A DNA stretch of 64,000 nt. Origin: Eledone cirrhosa. Its lineage: Eukaryota. Where the stretch lies: contig OZ024740.1 in the NCBI GenBank assembly GCA_964016885.1, forward strand, positions 57,288,001 to 57,352,000, written 5' to 3'. Positions 1-15,251 of this stretch are shown here, piece by piece. Numbering within the stretch: the stretch's first letter is position 1; each line of letters begins with the position of its first letter. The position numbers and the translations under genes were made by a program. The notes beneath the pieces were generated by a model. That model was not told the DNA's origin. It made no database searches and saw only the letters and a program-made list of their open reading frames with translations.

Positions 1-27
1 TCGGAGCCTATCTCAGTAAAAAATGGA

Positions 28-1395
28 GTGAAACAGGGGGATATTCCAGCACCGACCCTGTTTGCCATATACTTTGCAATGGTTTTCTGTATTGCATTCA
101 GGAATTGCGAGCATGGTGTTTACATCCGATATCGAACCTCAGGCAGCATATTTAACATCAGGCGCTTTGCTGCGAAGACAAAAGTATTTACATCAGTCAT
201 AAGAGACCTCTTGTATGCAGATGATTGCGATCTTGTAGCGCACACAGAGAGTGATATGCAGCACATTTTGAATGTATTTTCTGATGCTTGCACTGCCCTG
301 GGTTTGACTGTCAGTCTCAAGAAAACCGTCGTCATGTACCAACCTGCACCTGGTAGGCAGTACACTGAACCAAACATCTATGTGTATGGCAAACGACTTG
401 GAGTGGTTGATCAGTTTGTCTACCTGGGAAGCACTGTCAATCGATACGGCAACCTTGACAGTGAAATCTCACTTAGGATTAGGAAAGCAAGTGATGCTTT
501 CGGAAAGCTAGAAAGGCGACTCTGGGGTCGGCGAGACATATGCAGGAGGACAAAGGTAAAGGTGTACCGGGCATGTGTACTCTCTTGTCTTCTTTATGCC
601 TGCGAGACCTGGGTCACATATCGACGCCACCTTAAGCAATTGGAGCGTTTCCATCAGATGTGTCTCAGACGGATACATGGCGTTCACTGGAGGGACCACA
701 TCAGTGATGTCGAGATTTTGGAAAGCTCTATGTGTGACAGTATAGAAGCTCTTGTGCTTAAGCAGCGACTCCGTTGGAGTGGTCACCTTGCCAGGATGAA
801 GGATTCTAGAATACCAAAACAACTCTTCTATGGAGAGTTGGTTAAAGGAAAACGACCGCCACATAAACCAAAAAAGAGGTATAAGGATTCCTTGAAAGCC
901 TCTCTGAAAGACGCTAACATCTCTGCTGATACATGGGAAAATATTGCTGCTGATCGTAATAAATGGAGAAAGACTGTATATGAGGGAAAAGTTGCCTTTG
1001 AGGCATCTCGAATCGCACACGAGAAAGTAAAGCGGGACGTGAGGAAGGGTATTGCTGTTGCACTTCCAGACGGCGAGGGTCCTCCTATGTTTCTGACATG
1101 CAGCGTCTGTGCGAGACTCTGCCTAAGCAAAGCTGGACTCGAAAGTCATCTTCGCAGTCATAAAGTAAGACCAGTGGTTGACTACCAGGCTGCTGTTGGA
1201 GATGCTACTCACCATGCTTGCCAAACATGTGGTAGAGAATGTAAATCAGCAGGAGGACTCAAGCGACATGCAAAAGTACACGAACTCCAACCACAGCCGA
1301 CTATTCCCAGTAAATGTTTTGGTTGCCGACTCTGTGCAAGACATTTTAGATCATTGGCTGGGCTAAAAAGCCACATTCGATCGCAGCACTGTTAG
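28..1395 (+). CDS. C-terminal half of an RTE (BovB-like) LINE ORF: RT motifs C-E, thumb, and three C2H2 zinc fingers; continues upstream of the window
   Basis: GVKQG motif at window start, LLYADD, FVYLGS, LLYACETW, RLRWSGH; C-terminal CxxC-x12-HxxxH fingers (CSVC..HLRSH, CQTC..HAKVH, CRLC..HIRSQH). Confidence 0.9.
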   Translation: MKQGDIPAPTLFAIYFAMVFCIAFRNCEHGVYIRYRTSGSIFNIRRFAAKTKVFTSVIRDLLYADDCDLVAHTESDMQHILNVFSDACTALGLTVSLKKTVVMYQPAPGRQYTEPNIYVYGKRLGVVDQFVYLGSTVNRYGNLDSEISLRIRKASDAFGKLERRLWGRRDICRRTKVKVYRACVLSCLLYACETWVTYRRHLKQLERFHQMCLRRIHGVHWRDHISDVEILESSMCDSIEALVLKQRLRWSGHLARMKDSRIPKQLFYGELVKGKRPPHKPKKRYKDSLKASLKDANISADTWENIAADRNKWRKTVYEGKVAFEASRIAHEKVKRDVRKGIAVALPDGEGPPMFLTCSVCARLCLSKAGLESHLRSHKVRPVVDYQAAVGDATHHACQTCGRECKSAGGLKRHAKVHELQPQPTIPSKCFGCRLCARHFRSLAGLKSHIRSQHC

Positions 1396-1516
1396 TTGCT
1401 ATCGTGTGTTTGTGTGTGTGTGTGTGTGTGTAGATATGCTTATGTGCGTGCGTGTGTGTGTATATATATATGAATATGTATATTATTATTGTTGTTGTCG
1501 TTATTATTATTATTGC

Positions 1517-1556
<40 letters not shown>

Positions 1557-1678
1557 GTTATTAATGTATGTGTGTATATATGTGTGAGTGTATGTGTATG
1601 TATGTGTGTGTGTATATATGTATGTATATGTATGTATGTGTGTGTGTATGTATATGTGTATATATATATGTGTGTATA

Positions 1679-1711
<33 letters not shown>

Positions 1712-1721
1712 CTTTTCCCTT

Positions 1722-1797
<76 letters not shown>

Positions 1798-1866
1798 TTT
1801 TTTTTTTTTTTTTTTTTTTTTTTATTGTGCAATGGCCATACTCGATAGCGAGGGGGCAGCCATCAT
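1396..1866 (+). mobile_element. RTE 3' UTR expanded by compound microsatellites, ending in a CTCG/CGAG stem-loop and CATCAT(AT)n
   Basis: tggccatactcgatagcgagggggcagccatcat at 1833-1866 is homologous to the 3' end of the element at 53065-53100 (minus). Confidence 0.7.
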
Positions 1867-1904
1867 ATATATATATACATATTTGTATCCTGATTTTTAT
1901 AAAT

Positions 1905-2628
1905 AGGGTACTTTTTGAAAGATTTAACTCAGATTTTGGTATATTGATCTCAAGTTTTTAAACTAAACATATGGTCATTATTGAACAATGTTATTTTCTC
2001 ATATTATATATCTATGTCCCATTCATGAATATTGATATTTATATTTTTATTATTCATTTCATATAAATTGTTAACTCAACTTAATATGACATGTCGTAAA
2101 GTTGTCACTATCTCCCCCTCTCTCTATATAGTATTTTCTCTCTCTTGAGTTTTTCTATCTGTATGATAACTTATTATCTCTCTATATTATCTCTCTGTTG
2201 CTTTCCTTTGTTTTTCTTATTTCTTCCTTTTTTCTTTCTTTTTTATTTCATCCTATCTATTTATCTCTTTCTTTTCTACATACATTTCTCTCTCTCTCTC
2301 CGATATTCTCCAGGTTTTCTTTTTCTCTCTCTTCTTCTTAGCTCTCTCCTTCTCTCTCTCCGTCTTTTTTTTTCTTTCTTTCTCTCCGTCTTTTTCTAAT
2401 TGTGCTTAACACCATAACTAATAAAATAATATAAACATTTCACTATCCAGACAGCTTCCAAAAATAATGATTGCATTTAATAGAGTACGTCAAAATTATC
2501 TATAAAACTGTATATATATTGTATTTTGTCTAATGAAGGCATACCATATTTTAATTTGGTATCTCTGAAATATGTATAATGAAATAAATATGGTTTTATA
2601 AATATAGTTTCCATTTATTAATATCGTA
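1905..2628 (+). mobile_element. PLE pseudo-LTR/3' UTR fragment (family F)
   Basis: Diverged direct copy of 51684-52389; carries a hammerhead motif; ends at a (TA)n tract. Confidence 0.65.
2522..2586 (+). ncRNA. Type I hammerhead ribozyme, family F, core mutated (CUAAUGA, G5A), probably inactive
   Basis: tattttgt-CTAATGA-stem II-GAAA-tatgta-TA-atgaaata; intact paralogue at 52281-52345. Confidence 0.65.
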
Positions 2629-2629
2629 T

Positions 2630-5422
<2,793 letters not shown>

Positions 5423-5546
5423 GTAGGAGGTGAGTTTTATTGTAGTACAATAAAGCAATGCAGATATCGGATAAGAAGCACTCTACAGTTTGTGGGACTG
5501 GAGTATGCATAATATAAGATCAAAAGATGGTTAAAGGAGTTCCATA

Positions 5547-5616
5547 TATTTTATTATGCGCATTTCAAAACAAACATCATCAAGCAATAATATTTGTGTT
5601 TTCATCAGATAAAACA
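5547..5616 (-). ncRNA. Type I hammerhead ribozyme, family A
   Basis: Reverse complement of 8841-8911, with one fewer U in stem II. Confidence 0.8.
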
Positions 5617-6599
5617 GGAGAACATGATATGAAGGCTAAAAACACTTGTTGATAGTGCATTTTTAATCAACATATGAAAAGTGGTTTTAGATTGATGTGT
5701 GATATTGGGAAAAAATATTTTATTTAGAGAGGGGGGGAGGATGAAAAGGGAAGGAGATGAGAGGGAGAGATGGGTGATAGAGAGAAAGAGATAGTTTTTA
5801 TAACTGAGAGGAGATATATTTTTTACATAGAGGGGTTGAAAACCGTTGGAAGATACTGTATAAATTAAAAATTTGAAAATTAACGAAGGGAGGATATGTG
5901 CGAGGAAAAAATATTTTATTTAGGGAGGGGGGGTGGAAAAGATGAAAAAAAAAGGGGGGAGGAGATGAGAGTGACGGTGGAGAGGGAGAGATGGGTGATA
6001 GAGAGAAAGAGATAGTTTTTATAACTGAGAAAAAGATATATTGTTTTAATATAGAGAGGTTGGGAACCGTTGGAAGATAATGTATAAATTAAAGGAATTT
6101 GAAAATTAACGAAGGGAAATTATGTATGAAGATAGAGAGAAAAAATAATAATTGTGGGTGAATATTCTAACGTCAAAGAAGAAATGTATGTATTGTGGCA
6201 ATTTCAAAATTAGCGAAGAGAAAAGTTTTTATGGTTTGTGTGTAGAAGGATTTGAGAAAAATAATGTGAAGTTAAAGTTTGTATATTGAATTGATATGTA
6301 TTAATAATGAGTTCGTTGATGGGGAGAAAAAAATAATAATAAATTAAGGATGAAATTGAGATTAAAAAGATTTATGATAGAGAGAAAAAATAATAATGAT
6401 TGCGGATGAATATTCAAAATGTCAAAAACAAATGTTATTATTTTACGAGAAGATAGAATGAGGGTAATGAGTAAACGAGTATTATAGAGTGTATAATGCC
6501 CTTTAAAGTAAGGTAAGGTAGATGGGTATATTTTAAAGAGGTGTATGTATATGTGCCTTTGAGAAAAGATTCTAAATTGATAAAGAATTGAATATTAAC

Positions 6600-8230
6600 T
6601 GTATACTTTGTGAAAAGTTCTATGGAATTTATGCAGGCAGATAGAAAACAAATCTGAGCGTCTGTTTATTATAGAATCTAGGTTAGAGATAATGGTAAAT
6701 TTTTCATTTAGGCAGAGATTACAGATTTTAGATAGAGAGCTGTTCAAGTATGAGGATGCAGAAGAAATCTTTTTCCAAAAGATGTTATATTTAATGTTTT
6801 TGTCTTTTAAGGACCATATGAGTTCTGAGAGAGCAGTGTTAGTTCTTTTAAGTTTGTATTTGAAAGATGAATGATGATTATAGAGACGAGCTTTAAAAGA
6901 GGTGGAAGTGGAGCCAAAATAGGTGAAGGAATTGGTGCTAGTTATAATTTTACATTCATAATTAAGTTTTTATCAAGGCAATGGTTGTTGAGAGGACATT
7001 TATTTTGATGCGGCAGTTGCAATTAGAGAGATTATTAATGAGTGATCTAGTGTTATCTATAGAAGGAATTGGATTGGAGAAGTTGTTTGCGATAGGAATA
7101 ATAGGAATAATAGTTTCTTGATTTAGAGTTGGATTATGAACATTTAGCGAAGTTGTGTTTGACGTTGTATTTGGGTTTACAGAAGTTAGCCTAGGGTTTA
7201 CAATGACGTCGGGAGTACTATTACTGTTATTATGAAATTCGATATTGGAAGGAAGAGATTTAGTATTTAATATTTTATTGTTGTGTTTAGAGATGATGTT
7301 GGAAATATTGGAGGATGTAGAATACGAAAATTTGATGGTGTGTTTGTTAAATATTTTACTATAGATATGTGAGGGAGGGAAGCATTTATTTAAGGCACTA
7401 AAAAATAATTAGGAATATTGTCATTAATAGAGATGGAGAAAGGAGCATTATACCAGATTATGTTTTTGTATCTAGGTCTTTATTAAAATTATTGGAATGG
7501 TCATGATTAATTATTCTACTGTAAGTTTTCCTAGAATTTGTTTCTTTATTATATTTGATTTTATCTGGATAGCCGGCTTTAGAAAGTGCGTTATTATAGT
7601 AATTGGCGTTAGCATCAAAGATGTTTTTATTAGAAGATATGTTAGATATTCTATTTCCAATATTATTAACTATAGCATTCTTGATATTGGTAGGATGGTT
7701 AGATTAAAGTTAACATAATTAAGATTCTCATTGTTTTTATGGTAAGGGTAATATAGGCCAGTGTCAAGATTAAGAGATACATCCAAGAAATTAGCTAGTT
7801 TGATACTATTATCAAATTCAATTTTTAGGTTATGTTGGTTAAAGAGATTACGTATATTGTTCTTAATAATATTAAGTTTAACTATATTGCAATTTAGGAT
7901 AGTAAAGAGTCCATCGTCACGATAAATTCCACCGCGAAGTTGAGGAATTTTCCGACTCAAAGAGTTCAAAATGAAGATACCAATTAAATCAGTCAATTGG
8001 GATGAATCGGATGCTCCCATTGTGATGTCGAAGTTGTTAGAGGTATCGGCTCTGGTCAATATTCGTTGTTGAACTCTAGGATGGTTTTACGTGCGGTGAG
8101 GATGATGTGAAGTTCATCTGTGGTGATGTCAGAATATTTAAGTGCGAAAGATAGAGCATTATTGAGAAGTGAAGGCGAAATGGAGGAATAGTAGCTGGCA
8201 ATATCGAATTGAATAAATTTTAGTTGACGT
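6600..8230 (-). pseudogene. Frameshifted PLE RT + GIY-YIG endonuclease
   Basis: Minus-strand translation gives FIQFDIASYYSSI, FDITMGASDS, GIYRDDGL, NFLDVSL, then CNCR..CPL..C, YFGSTSTSFKARLYNH, CNLCL. Confidence 0.88.
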
Positions 8231-8840
8231 TAGAATATTCACCCACAATTATTATTTTTGAATAAAATTTAGTTGACGTTAGAATATTCACCCACAATTA
8301 TTATTTTTTTCTCTCTATCTTCATACATAATTTCCCTTCGTTAATTTTCAAATTCCTTTAATTTATACATTATCTTCCAACGGTTCCAACCTCTCTATAT
8401 TAAAACAATATATCTTTTTCTCAGTTATAAAAACTATCTCTTTCTCTCTATCACCCATCTCTCCCTCTCCACCGTCACTCTCATCTCCCCCCCCCCTTTT
8501 TTTTTCATCTTTTCCACCCCACCCCCTCCCTAAATAAAATATTTTTTCCTCGCACATATCCTCCCTTCGTTAATTTTCAAATTTTTAATTTATACAGTAT
8601 CTTCCAACGGTTTTCAGCCCTCTATGTAAAAAATATATCTCCTCTCAGTTATAAAAACTATCTCTTTCTCTCTATCACCCATCTCTCCCTCTCATCTCCT
8701 TCCCTTTTCATCCTTTCCCCCCCCCTCTCTAAATAAAATATTTTTCCCAATATCACACATCAATCTAAAACCACTTTTCATATGTTGATTTAAAACTGCA
8801 CTATCAACAAGTGTTTTTTAGCCTTCATATCATGTTCTCC

Positions 8841-8911
8841 TGTTTTATCTGATGAAAACACAAATATTATTGCTTGATGATGTTTGTTTTTGAAATGCGC
8901 ATAATAAAATA
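8841..8911 (+). ncRNA. Type I hammerhead ribozyme, family A
   Basis: tgttttat-CTGATGA-15-bp stem II-GAAA-TGCGCA-TA-ataaaata; predicted cleavage after 8903. Confidence 0.85.
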
Positions 8912-9529
8912 TATGGAACTCCTTTAACCATCTTTTGATCTTATATTATGCATACTCCAGTCCCACAAACTGTAGAGTGCTTCTTATCCGATATCTGCAT
9001 TGCTTTATTGTACTACAATAAAACTCACCTCCTACATATATATAAATATGGATAGCCCAAGAGGTGGATAGCCCAACAGACACCCACAACCGCGTTACCA
9101 GAGGGGGAGGGCGAACCCTAACAATACAGGCAGAGCAAAATCAAATAGGCACCATGTACCAGACACCACCACACGGGCGGTGGGGACTAGTGCGCTTGAC
9201 CACGAGATGGAACACAATATGAGTAGCAGTCTCAGGCGTGATGCTAACTACCCCAGGACGGACAACCCCAACCGCAGGACACGTGGGGGGGAGGAAACGG
9301 GCGACCACCCCACGATGGATCTCCCGGGGCAGACAACAACCACCCCACAAATCCGGGCCGTGAAGATAACAAAAAGTATAGAGCCCAAAAGGGAAGCAAC
9401 AGTGCGGAAACCACCAGCAAACCAACAAATCTCCAACAAATCACGAAGCCTCCAACCCACACATATAGGAGGAGACACCGACAAATCACGTGGTACAACC
9501 CACCCTACTCAGCGGCCCTAAAGAAAAGC

Positions 9530-10297
9530 TTGGCCCGATTGTTCTTTGGAGCACTTGACAAATGCTTCCCGAGGGACCACAGATACCACAGGATCTTCAA
9601 CAGACACACTGTGAAGCTTTCGTATTCCACCACGAGAAATTTGGCCCAACACATAGCTAGCATCAACAGAAGTAGGCTTAAAAACCACACACAACCAGAA
9701 GATGGCAATACAAACACTCAGCAGAACCATGTGAAAGGAGGGAAGGGGGGACCCAGAGCCCACCCAAGAAACACAAACAGACCCAAGGACCCCCCACCGA
9801 GCATGGGGGAAGACCAACATGTAACACATAATGAGAACCCTAATCTAAGCACGCAGAGACCGCCCACCCTCTGCAACTGTAGAAACCCCGAATCATGCCC
9901 CCTTGGTAATGAATGTCTCAAGAAGAACATAGTGTACGGTTGTAGGGTTAAAACCCCCAACTCCGAACACCTCTACATAGGAGCCACATCAACGAGCTTT
10001 AAGGACCGCTGGTACAACCATCGCCATTCATTCAAGAAGGAGGCCAAAAGGAAAAGCACAGCTCTCTCCGACCTGATCTGGAAGCTTAAGCTGGACAGGA
10101 CCCCATACTCTCTGGCCTGGTACATAATCAGGAAAGTACCACCCGATAAAGGGGGATCTTGCATATGCAAACTATGCCTGAACGAGACCCTCGAGATACT
10201 AAGAGGTGGAAGCGGCCTGATAAACCTCAGAACCGACTTCTTCGGGACATGCAGACACCTTAGAGCCGGGACCTTTCTCAAAATATATGGACAGTAG
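9530..10297 (+). CDS. PLE C-terminal linker + GIY-YIG endonuclease (reading frame extends upstream through ITWYNPPYS)
   Basis: LDKCFP..IFNRHTVKLSYS, CNCRNPESCPLGNEC, IVY..YIGATSTSFKDRWYNH, CKLCLNE, CRH. Confidence 0.85.
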   Translation: MARLFFGALDKCFPRDHRYHRIFNRHTVKLSYSTTRNLAQHIASINRSRLKNHTQPEDGNTNTQQNHVKGGKGGPRAHPRNTNRPKDPPPSMGEDQHVTHNENPNLSTQRPPTLCNCRNPESCPLGNECLKKNIVYGCRVKTPNSEHLYIGATSTSFKDRWYNHRHSFKKEAKRKSTALSDLIWKLKLDRTPYSLAWYIIRKVPPDKGGSCICKLCLNETLEILRGGSGLINLRTDFFGTCRHLRAGTFLKIYGQ

Positions 10298-11486
10298 CAA
10301 CACAAGAAGATGTGAACTCCCTCAAGCTATAGGGACTTCTACAGAACATGAAAACACCTCTCGGCCAGACCTCCCTCAAGCTATATGGACAATTACAACA
10401 CCCTAGGTTGTGAACTCCCCTCAAGCCATAGGGAACAACCCAGGCGGAGCAGACACCATGATAGCCTAGAGATAGAATCGGACACAGCCATAATAATCTG
10501 GCCAACATCTATAACACAAACACTTTTAATTTACCAGATTTCTGACTTTAAAGTTCCAATCTTAAATCTTGATTTCTCTTTATTAATTTGTTATTTGTTT
10601 ACTGCCCTCTTCACTGTATAACCTTATATTTATTTTAAGTTGAGATAGATTATAACACAAACACATTGAATATCTCATCTTAACATCTTGTATCATACCA
10701 ATCTATCCAACATATTCTAACCTTGAGATTGGTTATAGCACACACACACACACACTTTATCCTACATTATTTCTCACTTCTCCATATACATTATCATTAC
10801 TTTTTCACCAATCTCTCATTTACTCTTTATTCTTTATTCTCTATTTATTTATTTATTTTCAAATTACACAAATTATATTAATTATTTTATTTTATTATAT
10901 TATTTATTTATCTTCTGTTTTCTTCATTTATTGCCTTATATTTCTTCATATACATGAAAGAACCCCCCCCCCCCCCCCCGCCACCACCACTAAGATGGTG
11001 GCGGTCGGATGAAGAGAAAACACAAACTGAATACTTCTAAATTGTTAGCAGCAGCAAGGTATAAGCTGACCACTACAACAACAACAGTACCAAAATAATG
11101 GTGGAGGTCAAATGTACTGAACAATAGCAGGCATAAACACTACAGGGAGCCTTACCCCAGAAAGAATTCTATAGACTTCTGACTGAGGAATGCTCTCAGA
11201 ACTGAACAATGGGAAGTTTGACACATTTTTTGATATTTTGTTCCTTCAACACCTTGTCCCTACTACCATTTTATCAATTTTTAAGCTAACTCCAACAATG
11301 ACAACACTAATATCTGACCAATGAGAGGAGAAGGGGACCTGTGACACGAAAATTCGTTTGTTTGAATTCATATGACTCCAGTTCCCCAGTGAATTAACAA
11401 CCCAGCAAGGAACTGGGCATATCAGGGTATTGACAATATCATACACCTAAACAACATATGTACTTGTCTATACCATACTAATTCAA

Positions 11487-11541
11487 ACTGCCTGAAGAGG
11501 TCACAGCCAAAGATGGCTGTCACTGAAATATATATAGCAGT
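11487..11541 (+). ncRNA. Type I hammerhead ribozyme, family B
   Basis: actgc-CTGAAGA-ggtcacagcca(aaga)tggctgtcact-GAAA-TATATA-TA-gcagt. Confidence 0.88.
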
Positions 11542-11589
11542 AATAAGCCGAAGCTAAATTTTAATCATTTGACTTTTATTTAACTTTAT

Positions 11590-12852
<1,263 letters not shown>

Positions 12853-13997
12853 ACTCTTTTACTCTTTTGCCTGTTTCAGCCATCCGTCTGAGGCCATGCT
12901 GGGGCACCGCCCTTGTTGCTACACATTTTATCTCCAGCCTGTATAGGTTGGCCACTGGTGTAGGAGGGATTTTGTTGCTGCTGCCCTTAGGTTTCCCTCG
13001 TGTCTTGCTGTGGGCTCATCCGGGATCCTAGATAACAAGGTGTCGAGATGTTTCTTAAAGACATCCACCTCCACGTCATGCAAGTCTCGCAGATGCCTCG
13101 GCAGCCTGTTGAAGAGTTGAGGGCCCTTGAATCCCAGGCTATTGCAATACCTGCTCCTTATTCTAGATGTGGAAGACGGGACCTTTGGCACCACACAGTG
13201 ACGTCCTGTTCGACGGTTGGTCCAGCTCCCAATGCCAAAGTTTGGTGCTAGTCCCTCCAGGATTTTCCACATGTAGATCACTGCGTATCTCTCCCGTCTT
13301 CGCTCCAAGGAGTAGAGGTTCAGTTCCTTCAGCCTCTCCCAGTAGCTTGTCTCCCTCATCTTGGCAATCCTCTTGGTGTAGCTTCGCTGGATTGCCTCAA
13401 GCTCTGTGGTTAGTTTGACACTATGGGGTGACCACAGCTGGGAGCAGTAGTCCAGGCGGCTTAGGACAAAAGTCCTCCACAGTGTCAACATGGGTGTCTC
13501 GATCTCTTGTAAGGAAAGTCCTCAAGATCCAGCCAGCGAATCGTCTACATGCTGTCGCCACCTTCATGATGTGTGAAGAAAAAGATGCATCATCGCTCAT
13601 GTCTATGCCCAGGTCTCGTATCGATTTTGACACGGGGATATCGGTCCCTCCTGGTCCTGTGTAGCTGTGTTCCGCTATATTTGTGTTTGTGTTTGCAGGT
13701 TTGTATTGTAGGGCTTGGAATTTGCCAGCATTAAACTGCATGTTGTTTTCTTCCGCCCATCTGTATATGGCATCCAGATCCTGCTGTAAGAGGGCAGCGT
13801 CAGCCGGGTTTTTGATTGCCTGTGCTACCTTAGTGTCATCAGCATAGCTAGTGAGGGATGTTGTTGCATGCACCACAGAGGGCATGTCCGAGAGAGCCAC
13901 CAAAAACAGTAGTAGTCCCAGGACTGTCCCCTGAGGCACCCCACTTGTTATCGGTGTTTCCCTCGAGAGGGCCCATTTGCTGCGACTGCCTGGCTTC
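12853..13997 (-). mobile_element. 3' part of a CR1-group LINE (RT C-terminus + 3' UTR), cut by an assembly gap
   Basis: SGVPQGTVLG, YADDTK, RDLG, LDYCSQLWSP, LERRRER; nearly identical to 15252-16396. Confidence 0.85.
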
Positions 13998-14197
13998 NNN
14001 NNNNNNNNNNNNNNNNNNNNNNNNNNNNNNNNNNNNNNNNNNNNNNNNNNNNNNNNNNNNNNNNNNNNNNNNNNNNNNNNNNNNNNNNNNNNNNNNNNNN
14101 NNNNNNNNNNNNNNNNNNNNNNNNNNNNNNNNNNNNNNNNNNNNNNNNNNNNNNNNNNNNNNNNNNNNNNNNNNNNNNNNNNNNNNNNNNNNNNNNN
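13998..14197. other. Assembly gap (200 N)
   Basis: Run of N. Confidence 1.

Positions 14198-15251
<1,054 letters not shown>

Noticed and set aside
120-1130. Antisense and alternate-frame ORFs over LINE coding regions (also 30562-31677, 57300-58412)
   Set aside because: Shadow ORFs of the RT genes with no independent motifs
11183-11230. CTGAGGA as another hammerhead
   Set aside because: No stem II-GAAA-stem III follows
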